A program made the position numbers and the translations under genes. The notes below the pieces were generated by a model. It saw only the letters and a list, made by a program, of their open reading frames with translations. It ran no database searches and was not told where the DNA came from. From assembly GCA_031181145.1 (NCBI GenBank), contig JAPSLB010000001.1, positions 23,775 through 87,774 of the forward strand: a DNA stretch of 64,000 nucleotides, given 5' to 3'. Below, in pieces: positions 10,117 to 21,800 of the stretch. This stretch comes from Microvirga sp. (GTDB lineage Bacteria > Pseudomonadota > Alphaproteobacteria > Rhizobiales > Beijerinckiaceae). The first letter of the stretch is position 1, and each line of letters opens with the position of its first letter.

Positions 10117-11070
10117 TCAACCCTGGAGATCCCCTGCCGCGCATGCACGGCTCTTGCCGCTGATCCGCTCACTTCCATGGAAAACCGAAATGGAATCGCG
10201 ACGGGCGATGCCGATGAGCGTGATGTCGTGATGCCGGGCGCGCTCGAGAGCAAGTGAGGTCGGCGCCGAGATCGCGACGAGGGTCCTTGCGCCGAATGCT
10301 GCGACTTTCTCCACCAATTCGAAGGAACACCGACTCGTGACGACGACGAAGCCGCCGTCCGGCCTCGTGTCCGCGCGAGCAATCGAGCCGATGAGCTTGT
10401 CGAGTGCATTATGCCGGCCGACATCCTCACGAACGCAGCGGATCGTCCCATCGAGATCGGCCCAGGCCGCCGCATGCACAGCATGCGTCAGTTGGTTGAG
10501 CACCTGCTCCTGTTCCAGGTGGAGAAGAGCCGAATGGATGGCAGACAGGGCGATGTTAGGTGCGTCCCCTTGCGGGTGGCGGGCCTGGGGCAAAGCCTTG
10601 AGATCGTCGATGCCGCACAAGCCGCAGCCCGTCCGTCCCGCCAGGGCGCGCTTTCGCGCCAGATGCTCATGCAGCCTGCTGGGTGTCAGCTCGACGGCGA
10701 GTCTGAGGCCTCTCTCCTCGCGCTCTATACGGATGTCACGGATGTCGTCCGGGTGTTGGATCACGCCCTCGGTCAGGCTGAAACCTACGGCGAAATCTTC
10801 AAGTTCCGAAGGAGTCGTCATCATGACGGCAAACGGGATGCCGCCATAGATCACGTTCACCGGCACCTCCGAGGGGATCACCCTTTCTGCGTGACGTGTC
10901 TCGCATTCCTTGAAGGAGATCACCGCTATCGGAGTCTCCAGCGCCGTATTATGCCTGAGGTCGCTGGCTGCTTCGCGTTGAAGGAACGGATTCTCGCCGC
11001 GAGGGGGCTGCGTCCTGCCATCGCGTGCCTTGCCAATAGGATCCTCGGGTCCAGTGTCATCATCCGGCAT
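10117..11070 (-). CDS. fdhD: Formate dehydrogenase accessory sulfurtransferase FdhD
   Basis: EVPV...MMTTP, GFSLTEG, GCGLCG, EDVGRHNALDKLIG, SRCSFELV and SAPTSLA motifs. Start chosen from the GAGGAG RBS. Confidence 0.93.
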   Translation of the reverse strand: MPDDDTGPEDPIGKARDGRTQPPRGENPFLQREAASDLRHNTALETPIAVISFKECETRHAERVIPSEVPVNVIYGGIPFAVMMTTPSELEDFAVGFSLTEGVIQHPDDIRDIRIEREERGLRLAVELTPSRLHEHLARKRALAGRTGCGLCGIDDLKALPQARHPQGDAPNIALSAIHSALLHLEQEQVLNQLTHAVHAAAWADLDGTIRCVREDVGRHNALDKLIGSIARADTRPDGGFVVVTSRCSFELVEKVAAFGARTLVAISAPTSLALERARHHDITLIGIARRDSISVFHGSERISGKSRACAAGDLQG

Positions 11071-11266
11071 CACAGGCTCCTCTGCGGTCGGTCTGCTCGA
11101 ACGGCGCTGGGAGTGCACGTCTCGACCACGCATTAGGGACATTTCAGATGCCGGAATGCAAGATCTTCACCCTCACGGCCGGAATGGCGGCTCATCGACG
11201 GAGTAACGGTTGGTTTGCATAATCCGCCGGAATTTGGAACCATGGGTACAAGACGGGAGGATTCCG

Positions 11267-12313
11267 ATGGACACTCAAAATGTTCGGCTCAGCCATCTGT
11301 CCCATGGCGGCGGCTGCGGCTGCAAACTGGCGCCAGCCGTGCTCCAGCAGCTCCTTTCCGAACAGCCGGCTGCCGGGCCGTTCCAGAATCTTCTCGTCGG
11401 CACCGAAACGGCAGACGATGCGGCCGTCTGGCAGCTGAATGACGAGACCTGCATCATCGCGACCACGGACTTCTTCATGCCCATGGTGGACGATCCCTAC
11501 GATTTCGGGCGCATTGCCGCCACCAATGCCATCTCCGACGTCTATGCGATGGGCGGCCGTCCGATCATGGCGCTCGCGATCCTCGGCATGCCATTGGGCA
11601 AGATTGCGCCTACGACCGTCCGCGAGATCCTCAGGGGCGGCGCATCGATCTGTGCCGAGGCCGGTATTCCGGTGGCAGGCGGACATTCCATCGACTGCCC
11701 CGAGCCTGTCTATGGCCTTGCGGTGACCGGGACGGCAAAGCCGAACGAGATCCGTCGCAACAGCGGTGCCAGGGCGGGGGATGTGTTGATCCTGACGAAG
11801 GCCCTCGGCGTCGGCATCTATTCGGCCGCCTTCAAGAAGGACGCGCTCTCTGCCGATGCCTATGCGGAGATGATGGGCTCGGTCACGCGTCTGAACAGGA
11901 TTGGTGCCGAGCTCGCCCAGGATGCCGATATCCATGCCATCACCGATGTGACAGGTTTCGGCATTCTCGGACACGGACTCGAAATGGCGCGCGGGTCGGA
12001 ACTGACCCTGACCCTTGATCGCGCACGCCTGCCCCTGTTCCGGGAAGCGGTGTCGCTTGCTCGGAAAGGCTACGTAACAGGCGCCTCGACCCGAAACTGG
12101 GACAGCTACGGGGACAGCATCGTGCTGCCCGAGGGTCTTGAGCTTTGGCAGAGACAGCTTCTCACGGATCCGCAGACCTCGGGCGGTCTTCTTGTTGCCT
12201 GCGCGCCGGAGCGGGCCGAACAGGTTCTGGGACGCATCGTCGAGGCGGGTTATCCGTCCGCCCGAATCGTGGGCCATGCAGAGGCCGGTCCCTCGCGGGT
12301 CACCGTGATCTGA
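11267..12313 (+). CDS. selD: Selenide, water dikinase (selenophosphate synthetase), Cys form
   Basis: [46 protein letters not shown] and [17 protein letters not shown]. Confidence 0.96.
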   Translation: MDTQNVRLSHLSHGGGCGCKLAPAVLQQLLSEQPAAGPFQNLLVGTETADDAAVWQLNDETCIIATTDFFMPMVDDPYDFGRIAATNAISDVYAMGGRPIMALAILGMPLGKIAPTTVREILRGGASICAEAGIPVAGGHSIDCPEPVYGLAVTGTAKPNEIRRNSGARAGDVLILTKALGVGIYSAAFKKDALSADAYAEMMGSVTRLNRIGAELAQDADIHAITDVTGFGILGHGLEMARGSELTLTLDRARLPLFREAVSLARKGYVTGASTRNWDSYGDSIVLPEGLELWQRQLLTDPQTSGGLLVACAPERAEQVLGRIVEAGYPSARIVGHAEAGPSRVTVI

Positions 12314-12381
12314 CGGTCTTCGGAACCCCGCCGCGCTTGGCGACGTTGCTCGGGGAGCTTAGCGCAGAGGAGCCGGAAGTC

Positions 12382-12714
12382 ATGCGTGCCCCCATGATCC
12401 TTGCCGTCGCAGCCATAGGCCTGTCGACGCCCAGCTGGGCGCAACCGGCAGCACAGAGTCCTTGTCCGGAGGAGCCCGGAACCACGGCCGCCACGGCGCC
12501 CGATCCGAACAGCCAAGCCTCCGGCACCTCGCCGGGAAGCGCAGGATCATCGGGCTGGACGGGGGGGCTGGGTGGTTCCTATATCGGCACGGCTCCGAAA
12601 GGGCCGACCCCCCAATCGCCATCGGAGCACCCCGCTACGGCAAGTGGTCTCGACCCGATGAAGAGCGCTGCCGCTCCGGCTGCTCCATCCCGTGGATGCG
12701 CGCCGTCCCGGTGA
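12382..12714 (+). CDS. Small secreted Pro/Ser/Gly-rich hypothetical protein
   Basis: GAGGAG RBS, signal peptide (MRAPMILAVAAIGLSTPSWA), GWTGGLGGSYIG core. Confidence 0.55.
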   Translation: MRAPMILAVAAIGLSTPSWAQPAAQSPCPEEPGTTAATAPDPNSQASGTSPGSAGSSGWTGGLGGSYIGTAPKGPTPQSPSEHPATASGLDPMKSAAAPAAPSRGCAPSR

Positions 12715-12737
12715 CGGCGGTATGGGCTGACGGGTGT

Positions 12738-14816
12738 CTAGCCCTGCCCGTGCGCCAAGCCGGTCGGTGATGATGGCGGAAGAGAGTGGGAGTCGAACCC
12801 ACCTAGGACCGGCTCGCGGCCCCACCCGGATTTGAAGTCCGGACGCCCCACCGGGGACGCTTCTCCTCCATGACCCTTCTCGAGCGGCTGAATCGCGCGG
12901 AAGAGATCCAGCCGATGCGGATTGATGCGACGAAGATCGCCACGCCGCAAGGTCACGCCGTGGCGATCGAAGAACTCGAGGATCTGAATCGCCACCTTCC
13001 GCCCATTCAGAACACGGTCGCGGAACTGCGCTGCCGTGAATTGCCTGTCGGGTGCGTGATGGGCAAGATCCTGAATGACGCCGACCATCTCGGCGATGGT
13101 GTCGCGCAGAAAGAAGTGATCGTGCGCCACTTCGTCGAGTTGCCCAAGGCGGCTGAGCAGCTTGCAAAGGCGACGGATCTCGTCCTCATCCGCACCGAGC
13201 GAACCAGCGATGTCGCGCACGCGCGGAGGACGGAACCGCTCCTCGCCTCCCAGAAGCGGCCTGACGGCCCGCCACAGGAGTTCCTCGCTTTCGTCGAGGC
13301 GCACCTCATGCCCTGGGAGCCGCACCCATGCCCCGTCGATCTTCACCCGGCCCGCATCAACCAGCGAGTGCAGCGCGGCCCGGAAGGTCGGTGCGGGCAG
13401 GCGCGGTTCGCACAGGAGCCGCAGGCGCTCGAAGCCCATGCCCTGGAGATCGGGATTGTCTTTGTGGAATGTGTCGAGAACGTCGATCAGGCCGGCCTCG
13501 AACGCATGCCAACGCTCCTCTGCCAGTGCAAGGAGCCCACGACCAGCGGAAAGGCGCACCATCCGAAGGCTGTCGGCAACTGCCACTGCAGCGGCAAGCG
13601 GCATGGTCCTGTCCCGGGCAAACGCCGACAAATCGAAGTAATACGGCCGCACCGCGGTGAGGTCCCTCATGGCATCGGCTGGACCGGCCTGTGCCAGAGC
13701 CGAGATCTGCGCACGACGCTCCTCCCCGCGTCTATGGCGCCCCGGCGCGCGCAGATCGATGAAGAATCCGCCTCCTATGGTTCGCTGGGCGGACGTATCC
13801 CGCAGAACGAAGGTGTCGTGGGCCGCGGCGGCGATGGGACGGTCGAGGACGAGTTGAGCCACCTTCCTCTCCCCCGGCTGGATCGGATCGTCCTCCAACA
13901 GAACGATCCGCGCCCCGACCTCTGCGGCCGCATGATGCAACCGAACGGGAAACCACTGGCCGACCGGCCTCTTCTCGCTCGGGAGAAGACGCAGGCTCGC
14001 ATCGATCCGGTCGGTCGGTGCGTGAAGCTCGGGAGCGAGCACCATGTCGCCACGGACGACGCTGTCTTTGGATATCCCCTCGCCCGCCAGATTGAGGGCG
14101 CAGCGCTGCCCTGCGACGCCGCGCTCCGCGGCGCGGTTCTGGGCGTGGATCGAGCGCACTCTGGCCGGGCGCCCGGAGGGACTCACAATGACCTGGTCGC
14201 CGGCGGAAACCGTGCCGGACAGAACGGTCCCCGTCACGACGGTGCCCGCACCGGGGAGAACGAAACTGCGGTCGACCGACAGGCGAAAAAGGCCGGCGGC
14301 GTCCCGCTCCCGCTGGGCGGAAGCCGCCGTCCGCAAGTGCTGCTTCAGAGCCCCGATCCCTTCCCCGGTGATCGAGGATACGGGAATGATCTGGCACTCT
14401 GCCAATGTCGTGCCAGCCAGAACGTTGCGGATCTGCGCCGATGCCGCGGTACGGCGTTCCTCATCCGCGAGATCGGCCTTGCTGAGCACGACGACGCCTT
14501 GATCGATACCCAGGATGTCGATGATCGCCAGGTGTTCGAGGGTCTGCGGCTTCACCGCATCGTCGGCCGCCACCACGAGCATGACGAAGTCGACGCCGCT
14601 TGCGCCGGCGACCATGGTGTGGACGAAACGTTCGTGGCCGGGCACATCCACGAAGCCGATCACGTCGCCATTATCCTGAGGCCAGTAGGCGAAGCCGAGA
14701 TCGATGGTAATGCCGCGCGTCTTTTCCTCCTTGAGGCGATCCGCGTCGATGCCGGTCAACGCCTTGACGAGCGCTGTCTTGCCATGGTCGATGTGACCGG
14801 CGGTGCCGACGATCAT
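12738..14816 (-). CDS. selB: Selenocysteine-specific translation elongation factor SelB with C-terminal extension through selC
   Basis: [31 protein letters not shown] and the C-terminal winged-helix motif [17 protein letters not shown] overlap with selA. Confidence 0.96.
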   Translation of the reverse strand: MIVGTAGHIDHGKTALVKALTGIDADRLKEEKTRGITIDLGFAYWPQDNGDVIGFVDVPGHERFVHTMVAGASGVDFVMLVVAADDAVKPQTLEHLAIIDILGIDQGVVVLSKADLADEERRTAASAQIRNVLAGTTLAECQIIPVSSITGEGIGALKQHLRTAASAQRERDAAGLFRLSVDRSFVLPGAGTVVTGTVLSGTVSAGDQVIVSPSGRPARVRSIHAQNRAAERGVAGQRCALNLAGEGISKDSVVRGDMVLAPELHAPTDRIDASLRLLPSEKRPVGQWFPVRLHHAAAEVGARIVLLEDDPIQPGERKVAQLVLDRPIAAAAHDTFVLRDTSAQRTIGGGFFIDLRAPGRHRRGEERRAQISALAQAGPADAMRDLTAVRPYYFDLSAFARDRTMPLAAAVAVADSLRMVRLSAGRGLLALAEERWHAFEAGLIDVLDTFHKDNPDLQGMGFERLRLLCEPRLPAPTFRAALHSLVDAGRVKIDGAWVRLPGHEVRLDESEELLWRAVRPLLGGEERFRPPRVRDIAGSLGADEDEIRRLCKLLSRLGQLDEVAHDHFFLRDTIAEMVGVIQDLAHHAPDRQFTAAQFRDRVLNGRKVAIQILEFFDRHGVTLRRGDLRRINPHRLDLFRAIQPLEKGHGGEASPVGRPDFKSGWGREPVLGGFDSHSLPPSSPTGLAHGQG
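12774..12869 (-). tRNA. selC: tRNA-Sec (UCA), 96 nt, inside the selB reading frame
   Basis: 8-bp acceptor stem GGAGGAGA/TCTCTTCC, then GCCA. Anticodon arm CCGGA-CTTCAAA-TCCGG, long variable arm, T-loop GTTCGACTC. Confidence 0.96.
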
Positions 14817-16222
14817 AGAGCCTCTCCCAACCGGAGGGACGACAGGTTGTGCCGGAACAGGGCTTCGTCTTCCAGACACCTGAGATCGAAGATGAGTGCT
14901 CCCTCGGCCACGCGACCGATCACGGGTCGCGGCAGACCTCGGAAGGCGGCGCTCAATTCCTCGACCGCGCGTCCTCCTCCCTTAGGCCTCAGAGAGAGTC
15001 CGAAACTAGGAATCGTATCGAGTGGAAGCGCCCCGGAACCGATCTCGCTGCGGCATGACACGCTTTCGACGGCGACATCGGCCCCCAGAGCGTCTGCCAG
15101 AACGGGCGAGAGACGTTCCGCCTGCTGCCGGATCTCCTCCGTGGAGCGCGCCAGGAAGCGGATGATAGGAAGTTTCTCCGCGAGCCGGTCGGGATCGCGA
15201 TAAAGCTTCAAGGTCGCCTCGCACGCGGCGAGCCGCACCTTGTCCACCCGAAGAGCGCGTTTCATGGGGTTGCGGTTGATGGCGGCGATGAGATCCTTAC
15301 GCCCAACGATGAAGCCCGCCTGCGGTCCGCCGAGGAGCTTGTCTCCGGAGAAGGTGACGAGATCCGCACCCTCCTCCACCGCCTCACGGACGGTAGGCTC
15401 CTTCCTCAATCCGAACCGAGAGAGATCGACGAGTGTTCCCGAGCCGAGATCGTTGACCAGAGGCACATCGTGCCGATGCGCGATCCTCGCGAGCTCGCGG
15501 GCGCCGACCTCCGCCGTGAAGCCTTCGATGCGATAGTTCGACGTATGGACCTTCAGGATGAGCCCGGTTTGGGGCCCCAGCGCACCGGCGTAATCACGCG
15601 CATGGGTGCGGTTCGTGGTACCGACTTCGTGCAGACGCGCGCCCGCCCTTGCCATGATCTCCGGCATGCGGAATGCACCGCCGATCTCGATCAGCTCTCC
15701 GCGGGAGACGATGGCTTCCCTGTCCTGTGAGAGCGTGTTGAGGACGAGGAGCACCGCAGCCGCATTGTTGTTGACGAGGGTCGCGTCCTCCGCCCCCGTC
15801 AGCTCGCAGACGAGGGAACGGACGTGGTCATCCCGCTCGCCTCGTTTTCCACTGGCGAGATCGAATTCCAGGGATACCGCCTGGCGCATGGCGTCCGCTG
15901 CGGCCTCGACGGCTTCCTGCGCGAGGACCGCCCGGCCGAGATTGGTGTGCAGCACCGTGCCGGTAAGGTTGAAGAGCGGCTTCAGCTGCGTGCTCGCGCG
16001 CGCAGCAAGCCGGGACAGGACCGAGGCAACGATCATCCCTTCATCGAACGCGACCCCCGATTGCAGCTCTTCGCGCAGAACCGCAAGTGTCTTCCGGACG
16101 GCCTGCGTGGCCTCAAGACGGCCGTGCTTCTCCATGAGGACCGCGATATCCGGGTGGCGCAGCATTCGATCGACGGAGGGAAGATTGCGCAGGCGCGACA
16201 GGGCCGCTTCGGCCATGCTCAA
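14813..16222 (-). CDS. selA: L-seryl-tRNA(Sec) selenium transferase
   Basis: NLTGTVLHTNLGRA, VNNNAAA, SRGELIEIGGAFR, EVGTTN and the PLP-Lys motif FSGDKLLGGPQAG. Confidence 0.97.
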   Translation of the reverse strand: MSMAEAALSRLRNLPSVDRMLRHPDIAVLMEKHGRLEATQAVRKTLAVLREELQSGVAFDEGMIVASVLSRLAARASTQLKPLFNLTGTVLHTNLGRAVLAQEAVEAAADAMRQAVSLEFDLASGKRGERDDHVRSLVCELTGAEDATLVNNNAAAVLLVLNTLSQDREAIVSRGELIEIGGAFRMPEIMARAGARLHEVGTTNRTHARDYAGALGPQTGLILKVHTSNYRIEGFTAEVGARELARIAHRHDVPLVNDLGSGTLVDLSRFGLRKEPTVREAVEEGADLVTFSGDKLLGGPQAGFIVGRKDLIAAINRNPMKRALRVDKVRLAACEATLKLYRDPDRLAEKLPIIRFLARSTEEIRQQAERLSPVLADALGADVAVESVSCRSEIGSGALPLDTIPSFGLSLRPKGGGRAVEELSAAFRGLPRPVIGRVAEGALIFDLRCLEDEALFRHNLSSLRLGEAL

Positions 16223-17136
16223 ACCCCAAGCAGAAAAGGATTGAAGCTGCCCCGGCGGTATTCCCCGTCTTTCAGGAGAAGGTCGAGCCCGAGGCTGGCG
16301 ATGTCGTCCGCAACCGGATCGAGGGCCGCATCCTTCCGCTGATGGAGGATTTTGACGTAACCCCGGCAGCTATCGCAGCATTCCGCCTTGATCGTTCCAG
16401 GCCCCCCCTCGATCTCCTGATAGCCGATGCCTTTTCCCGAACCGCACAACACGCATTTCACCCGCACCACATTCCATAGGGTGCCGCACAGGGAGCAGGA
16501 GCAGTAGCGCGTGCCTTCCGCCTCCATCCACCCGACAACGAGGGACGAGGTCGGCGGCCCTCCGCAACAGGGACAGGCGCCATCGCCAATCCTGGCAAGC
16601 CTGGTCCGATCGAGCTTCGCTGCGAGCCGGGCGAAATGCACCTGCAGCCCTGCCGCCACATAGACGTGCTCAGCCAGGGTCTCGCCGGGAATCGTATCTG
16701 CGAGCACGCCTTGGACGGCGGAACGCATCTGCTCGGGCGTGGCGGCTCTGACCCGCTCCAGCGCCGCCTCCGCTTCGGCCGGCTTCGCAAGAGGCTCAAC
16801 CGCATCGAACAGACGGCTCAGGGTTTCGCTCAGGACATCGTCCAACTCGATCCGGTTCCGGTCGAGAGGCGGCATGCCGAATTCCCGGGCGCGGTCGAGC
16901 GCATCGTCGGGCGGAAGCTCAGACTCCGGCAACCCCTCCTGAATGCTGCTCTGGGCCGCCGCAATGCCTGCGATGAATCGCAGATAGGGAGCAAGCTCAC
17001 TCGTCTGCGCAAGGAACTCGAGGCGTTCGCTGCGGGCCTTGAAGAGCCTGCGCGGCTCCGGCAGACGAACGAAGGGAGGAGCCTGAACGCGGCCGACGGA
17101 GGCGGGATTGGGCTCGATGGAACTTGGGTGTGTCAT
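16219..17136 (-). CDS. fdhE: Formate dehydrogenase accessory protein FdhE
   Basis: Four Cys pairs (CPCCG, CSLC, CVLC, CDSC), PVADDIASLGLD, NPFLL. Position in the fdn operon. Confidence 0.95.
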   Translation of the reverse strand: MTHPSSIEPNPASVGRVQAPPFVRLPEPRRLFKARSERLEFLAQTSELAPYLRFIAGIAAAQSSIQEGLPESELPPDDALDRAREFGMPPLDRNRIELDDVLSETLSRLFDAVEPLAKPAEAEAALERVRAATPEQMRSAVQGVLADTIPGETLAEHVYVAAGLQVHFARLAAKLDRTRLARIGDGACPCCGGPPTSSLVVGWMEAEGTRYCSCSLCGTLWNVVRVKCVLCGSGKGIGYQEIEGGPGTIKAECCDSCRGYVKILHQRKDAALDPVADDIASLGLDLLLKDGEYRRGSFNPFLLGV

Positions 17137-17174
17137 GCAACCTCACGAACCACACGGGTCACGGGTGAGAGCCT

Positions 17175-17870
17175 CTACTCGGCGGGTGTCGCCGGCTTCT
17201 TGAATCTACGGCGTTCTGCCAGCTCCTTCAACCAACGGCGATGGTGCCGCCAGGCCCAGCCCCCCGTCACCGAACCGCGCGTCATGGCGCGGAGCGTGCC
17301 CCGTGCCCAGATCACCGCATAGACGTGGACGATCCAGATGCAGATGAGCAGGACGGCTGCGAGGGAATGAACAAGGACCGCGACGCGCTTCTGCGGAATG
17401 GTGGTCCATTCGTAGAAATACTGATCCCAGATCGCGAGTCCGGTGAGGATCAGGGCGATGATCAGGAGCGACATGCACCAGAAATTGAACTTCTGGATCG
17501 GATTGTACCGCCCTGCCTCGGGCAGCTTCTCCTCGTTTCCGGCAATCGCGTCATTGGCATGTGCAAGCCATTCCCTGTCGGATTGCTCCGGCAGGTTGGC
17601 CCGCCAGAAGCGGATGAACAATCCTGCGAAACTGAAGAACAGGACGACGCCGATCCAGGGATGGAGCACCCGTGCGCTCTGTCCGCCACCGAACAGGCCC
17701 GTGAGGAAGAACAGGGACGGATGGAAAAAAGCGAGCCCGGACAGCGCAAGAAGAATGAGCGATACGGCCGTGATCCAGTGATTGATACGAGCGCCCAGAT
17801 TATACCGGTCGACGACGACCGGCTTGCCGGGATGGATTGCATCTTCCTTCTCGATGCTCGTCGTTGCCAT
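17175..17870 (-). CDS. fdnI: Formate dehydrogenase cytochrome b556 gamma subunit
   Basis: RINHW, LHPWIG, GRYNPIQK, heme His residues, GWAWRHH. Four TM helices. Confidence 0.93.
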   Translation of the reverse strand: MATTSIEKEDAIHPGKPVVVDRYNLGARINHWITAVSLILLALSGLAFFHPSLFFLTGLFGGGQSARVLHPWIGVVLFFSFAGLFIRFWRANLPEQSDREWLAHANDAIAGNEEKLPEAGRYNPIQKFNFWCMSLLIIALILTGLAIWDQYFYEWTTIPQKRVAVLVHSLAAVLLICIWIVHVYAVIWARGTLRAMTRGSVTGGWAWRHHRRWLKELAERRRFKKPATPAE

Positions 17871-18826
17871 CAGATCTTCTCCTTCACGAGATCTTCGGCC
17901 TTCTCCTCATCCTCCCGCGTGACCCGATTTGGACCGGCGAACGCCGAGTGAAGCATGCCGGCCGCTGCCGCCAGGCCCATGGCGGCGAAGCCCACATACT
18001 TCGCCATCCCCTTCCACGCGTTCACGACGGGGCTGACCTTCGGATCCTCCGGCAGGCCCGAATAGATCGCCGGCTTGTCGTTGTGATGCAGAACATACAT
18101 CACGTGCGTTCCGCCAACCCCCGGCGGGTCATACAATCCGGCGTTCTCGAAGCCGCGGGACTTGAGATCCTCGATCCGGCTGTCGGCCAGCTTCTTCATG
18201 TCCTCCTTGGTACCGAAGGTGATGGCATGTGTCGGGCAGGCCTTCGCGCAGGCCGGGCCCTGCCCTACCGCGACGCGATCGGAGCAGAGAGTGCATTTGT
18301 AGGCCGTATGATCAACCTTCGAGATACGCGGGATGTTGAACGGGCAGCCCTTGATGCAATAGCCGCAGCCGATGCAGTTCTCATGGATGAAATCCACGAT
18401 GCCGTTGGAATACTGCACGATGGCTCCGGGCGCCGGGCAGGCCTTCAGGCAGCCCGGATCCTCGCAATGCATGCAGCCGTCCTTGCGGATCAGCCATTCG
18501 AGGTTCCCCGTCTGCGGATTCTCCCACTCGGAGAACCGCATCAGGGTGAACATGTCGGGAGTCAGGTCATGCGGGTTCTCGTAGATACCTGTGTTGGTCT
18601 CGAGCGCCGGCTTGGTGTCGTTCCACTCCACGCAGGCCGACTGGCAGGCCTTGCAGCCGATGCACTTCGAGACGTCGATGAGCTTCGCCACCGGCTCCAG
18701 CTGCCTTGCGGGCGGTGGAACCGTCGAGGCGGAGCGGCGAACGAGATCCCGCTCCGTCAGGTTCGCGGCTGTGGCTGAGGCGGCGACCGGAGGGTTGCTC
18801 GTTGCGGTACGGGGACTTGGTTCCAT
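17870..18826 (-). CDS. fdxH: Formate dehydrogenase iron-sulfur beta subunit
   Basis: Four 4Fe-4S motifs ([30 protein letters not shown]...CP, CTLC...PACAKACP) and a C-terminal TM anchor. Confidence 0.95.
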   Translation of the reverse strand: MEPSPRTATSNPPVAASATAANLTERDLVRRSASTVPPPARQLEPVAKLIDVSKCIGCKACQSACVEWNDTKPALETNTGIYENPHDLTPDMFTLMRFSEWENPQTGNLEWLIRKDGCMHCEDPGCLKACPAPGAIVQYSNGIVDFIHENCIGCGYCIKGCPFNIPRISKVDHTAYKCTLCSDRVAVGQGPACAKACPTHAITFGTKEDMKKLADSRIEDLKSRGFENAGLYDPPGVGGTHVMYVLHHNDKPAIYSGLPEDPKVSPVVNAWKGMAKYVGFAAMGLAAAAGMLHSAFAGPNRVTREDEEKAEDLVKEKI

Positions 18827-18837
18827 TCCACTTCTCC

Positions 18838-21800
18838 TCAGACCGTCGCCGGAGCCGTGGTGGGCTCGATATTGACCAGGAAGGCCTTGTATTCAGGCGT
18901 CTCGATGTTGGCGTCGCCCACGAAAGGCGTGAGGGAGTTCGGGCCCCAGCCCTTCCGCGCCTTGCCTGTGAAGCCCCAATGCAGCGGAATGCCGACCACA
19001 TGAACCGGCTTGCCGTCGCATATGAGAGGCTTGATGCGCTTGGTCACGACGGCTTTCGCCTTCACCTCGCCGCGCTTCGACCACACCCGCACCCAGGACC
19101 CGTGGGCAATCCCCTTCTCCGCAGCGAGCTGCTCGGAGATCTCCACGAAGAATTCCGGCTGGAGCGTCGCGTTCACGACATTGTGCTTCGTCCAGTAATG
19201 GAAATGCTCCGTGAGCCGGTAGGAGGTCGCCGCATAGGGGAACTCCTCGGAGGTAGCGAACTGGGCCACGTCGCCTTGGAAGATCCGCGCGACCGGATTG
19301 CCCCGAATGTTCGGCGCAACCACGTTGGCGATCGGAGCCTCGAACGGCTCGTAATGCACCGGGAACGGCCCTTCCCGCATGAGGCCGCGGGCGAAGAGGC
19401 GCGACACGCCCTCCTGGTTCATGATGAACGGACCCACGACATCGGGCGGGGCGTTCGGGGCGATGTCCGGCACATCGTAGCCCGACCATTTCGTGCCGTC
19501 CCAGGCGATCAGCTTGCGGGACGGATCCCACGGGTTGCCCTGCAGGTCCGCCGAGGCGCGGTTGTACAGAATGCGCCGATTGAGCGGCCAGGAGAACGAC
19601 CAGTTGGGATAGGCGCCGGTCTCGTCCGGATCTGTGTTGTCCCGGCGGGCCATGTTGTTGCCGGCCTCGTTGAAGCAGCCGGAATAGATCCAGCAGCCGC
19701 AGGCCGTCGTACCGTCGTCGCGCAACACCGAGAAGTTGACGACCTGTTTGCCCTTTTCCAGAACGATCTTCGCCGGGTCGGCCGGATCGTAGAGCGTCTC
19801 GACGGCATAGCCGTTGAGCTCCTTGGCGAGTTCCTCCGGCGTGGGCTCGTTCCTGTCGTGATAGTTCCAGGTGAGGTTGAGGATCGGATCCGGGAAGGCC
19901 CCGCCTTCCTTCTCGTAGAGCGCGCGCAGGCGAAGATGGATCTGCGCCATGATCCACGTGTCGTGCTTCGCCTCGCCCGGAGGGCTTCCGCCCGCCCAGT
20001 GCCATTGCAGCCAGCGGCCCGAGTTGACGAGCGCGCCCTCATCCTCCGCGAAGCAGGTGCTGGGAAGCTGGATCACCTCGGTCTGGATCGAGGCTGGATC
20101 TACATTGTTGTACTCGCCGTGGTTCTCCCAGAACCGGGACGTCTCCGTCTCCAGGGGATCCATCGTCACCAGCCATTTCAGCTTCGACAGCGACTCCGTG
20201 ATCTTCTGGCGGTTCGGGAAAGCGAGCAGCGGATTGAAGCCCTGGCAGAAATAGCCTGTCACCCTGCCCTGGTGCATCATCTCGAAGTAGCGCAGCACGT
20301 CGTAGGACGGCACGTCGAGCTTGGGCAGGTAATCATAGGCGAAGTCGTTCTGCGGGGTCGCCGCATCGCCCCACATCGACTTCTGGAAACTGACGAAGAA
20401 CTTTCTGTAGTTCTGCCAGTAGCTGGTCTGGTTCGGCCGCAGCGGCTTGAATGTACGGCTCGACATGTAGGTCGTAAAATCGGCTTCCCGTTCCACCGGG
20501 ATGTTCAGGTAGCCCGGGATGAGGTTCGACATCAGGCCGATATCGGTGAGCCCCTGAATGTTCGAATGTCCACGCAGGGCATTCATGCCGCCGCCACGCA
20601 CACCGATATTGCCTAGAATGAGCTGCAACATCGCCATGGCGCGGATATTCTGCGATCCCTTGGAATGCTGCGTCCAGCCAAGTGCATACATGGACGTCAT
20701 GGTCTTGGTGGGCGATGAACATTCCGCGATCATCTCGGCTACTTTCAGGAACTTATCCTTCGGCGTCCCGCAGATGCGCTCGACCATTTCCGGCGTATAG
20801 GTTGCGACATGAGCCTTGAGCAGATTCCAGACGCAACGCGGATTCTGCAGCGTCTCGTCGACGACCGCGAAACCGTCCGGCGCGATTTCGTACTCCCAGG
20901 ACGAGCGGTCGTAATCGCGCTTGTTCTCATCATAGCCTGTGAACAGGCCATCCTTATAGGCAAAGCCCTCCCGCACCACATAGCTGGCATTGGTGAACGC
21001 CTTCACATAATCCCACTGGATCTTGTCGTTCTGAATGCAGTAATTGATCACGCCGAGCAGGAACGCGATGTCGGTACCCTGCCGGATGGGAGCATAGAAA
21101 TCGGCAACCGATGCGGAGCGCGTGAAGCGCGGATCGACGACGATCAGCTTGGCGCCGCGATTGGCCTTTGCTTCCGTCACCCATTTGAAACCGCACGGGT
21201 GCGCTTCAGCGGCGTTGCCGCCCATGATGACGACGAGATCCGTGTTCCGGATATCCGTCCAAGAGTTGGTCATCGCGCCACGACCGAAAGTTGGGCCCAG
21301 ACTGGACACCGTGGGGCCGTGTCAAACGCGCGCCTGATTGTCGAATGCGACGATTCCTGTGCTGCGAACGACCTTGTAGGTCAGCCAAGCGGTTTCGTTC
21401 GTGGTCGCCGAAGCGGCCAGGAATCCGACCGTCGTCCAGCGATTGATGGGAACGCCGGCCTCGTTCGTAGCGATGAAGTTCGCATCGCGATCTTCCTTCA
21501 TCAGCCGGGCGATGCGATCGAGTGCCTGATCCCAAGAAACCCGTTCGAACTTGTCCGATCCGGGCTTGCGGATCATCGGGTACTTCAGGCGGGTTTCGGC
21601 ATTCACGAAGCTCCTCAGCGCCGCGCCCTTCGGGCAGAGCGTTCCCCGGTTCGTCGGATGGTCCGCGTCGCCCTCGATATGGATGATCTCGGCCGTCTCG
21701 CCCTTCCGAAGGTCTCCCTTCGAATACATGATGATGCCGCAGGCGACCGAGCAGTATGGGCAGGTATTGCGCGTCTCCATCGTGTTGGTCAGCTTGAAGG

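Noticed and set aside
9944-10231. ORF with an AAGGAG RBS (MAEGDESGRYRAVLIE...) between the ydeP-like gene and fdhD
   Set aside because: It overlaps the fdhD 3' end and has no recognisable family. It may be a fragment but cannot be supported.
12774-12869. selC as an integration site for a genomic island
   Set aside because: No integrase and no duplicated tRNA 3' end were seen in the window.
12870-15203. 777-aa plus-strand ORF, and similar long ORFs at 7256-9220, 18706-20616, 31549-32997 and 37935-39473
   Set aside because: Antisense shadows of well-supported genes in high-GC DNA, with no recognisable motifs.
21322-21324. Stop codon splitting fdnG, suggesting a pseudogene
   Set aside because: It is the Sec UGA at the conserved active-site position, with a SECIS downstream and selABCD adjacent.
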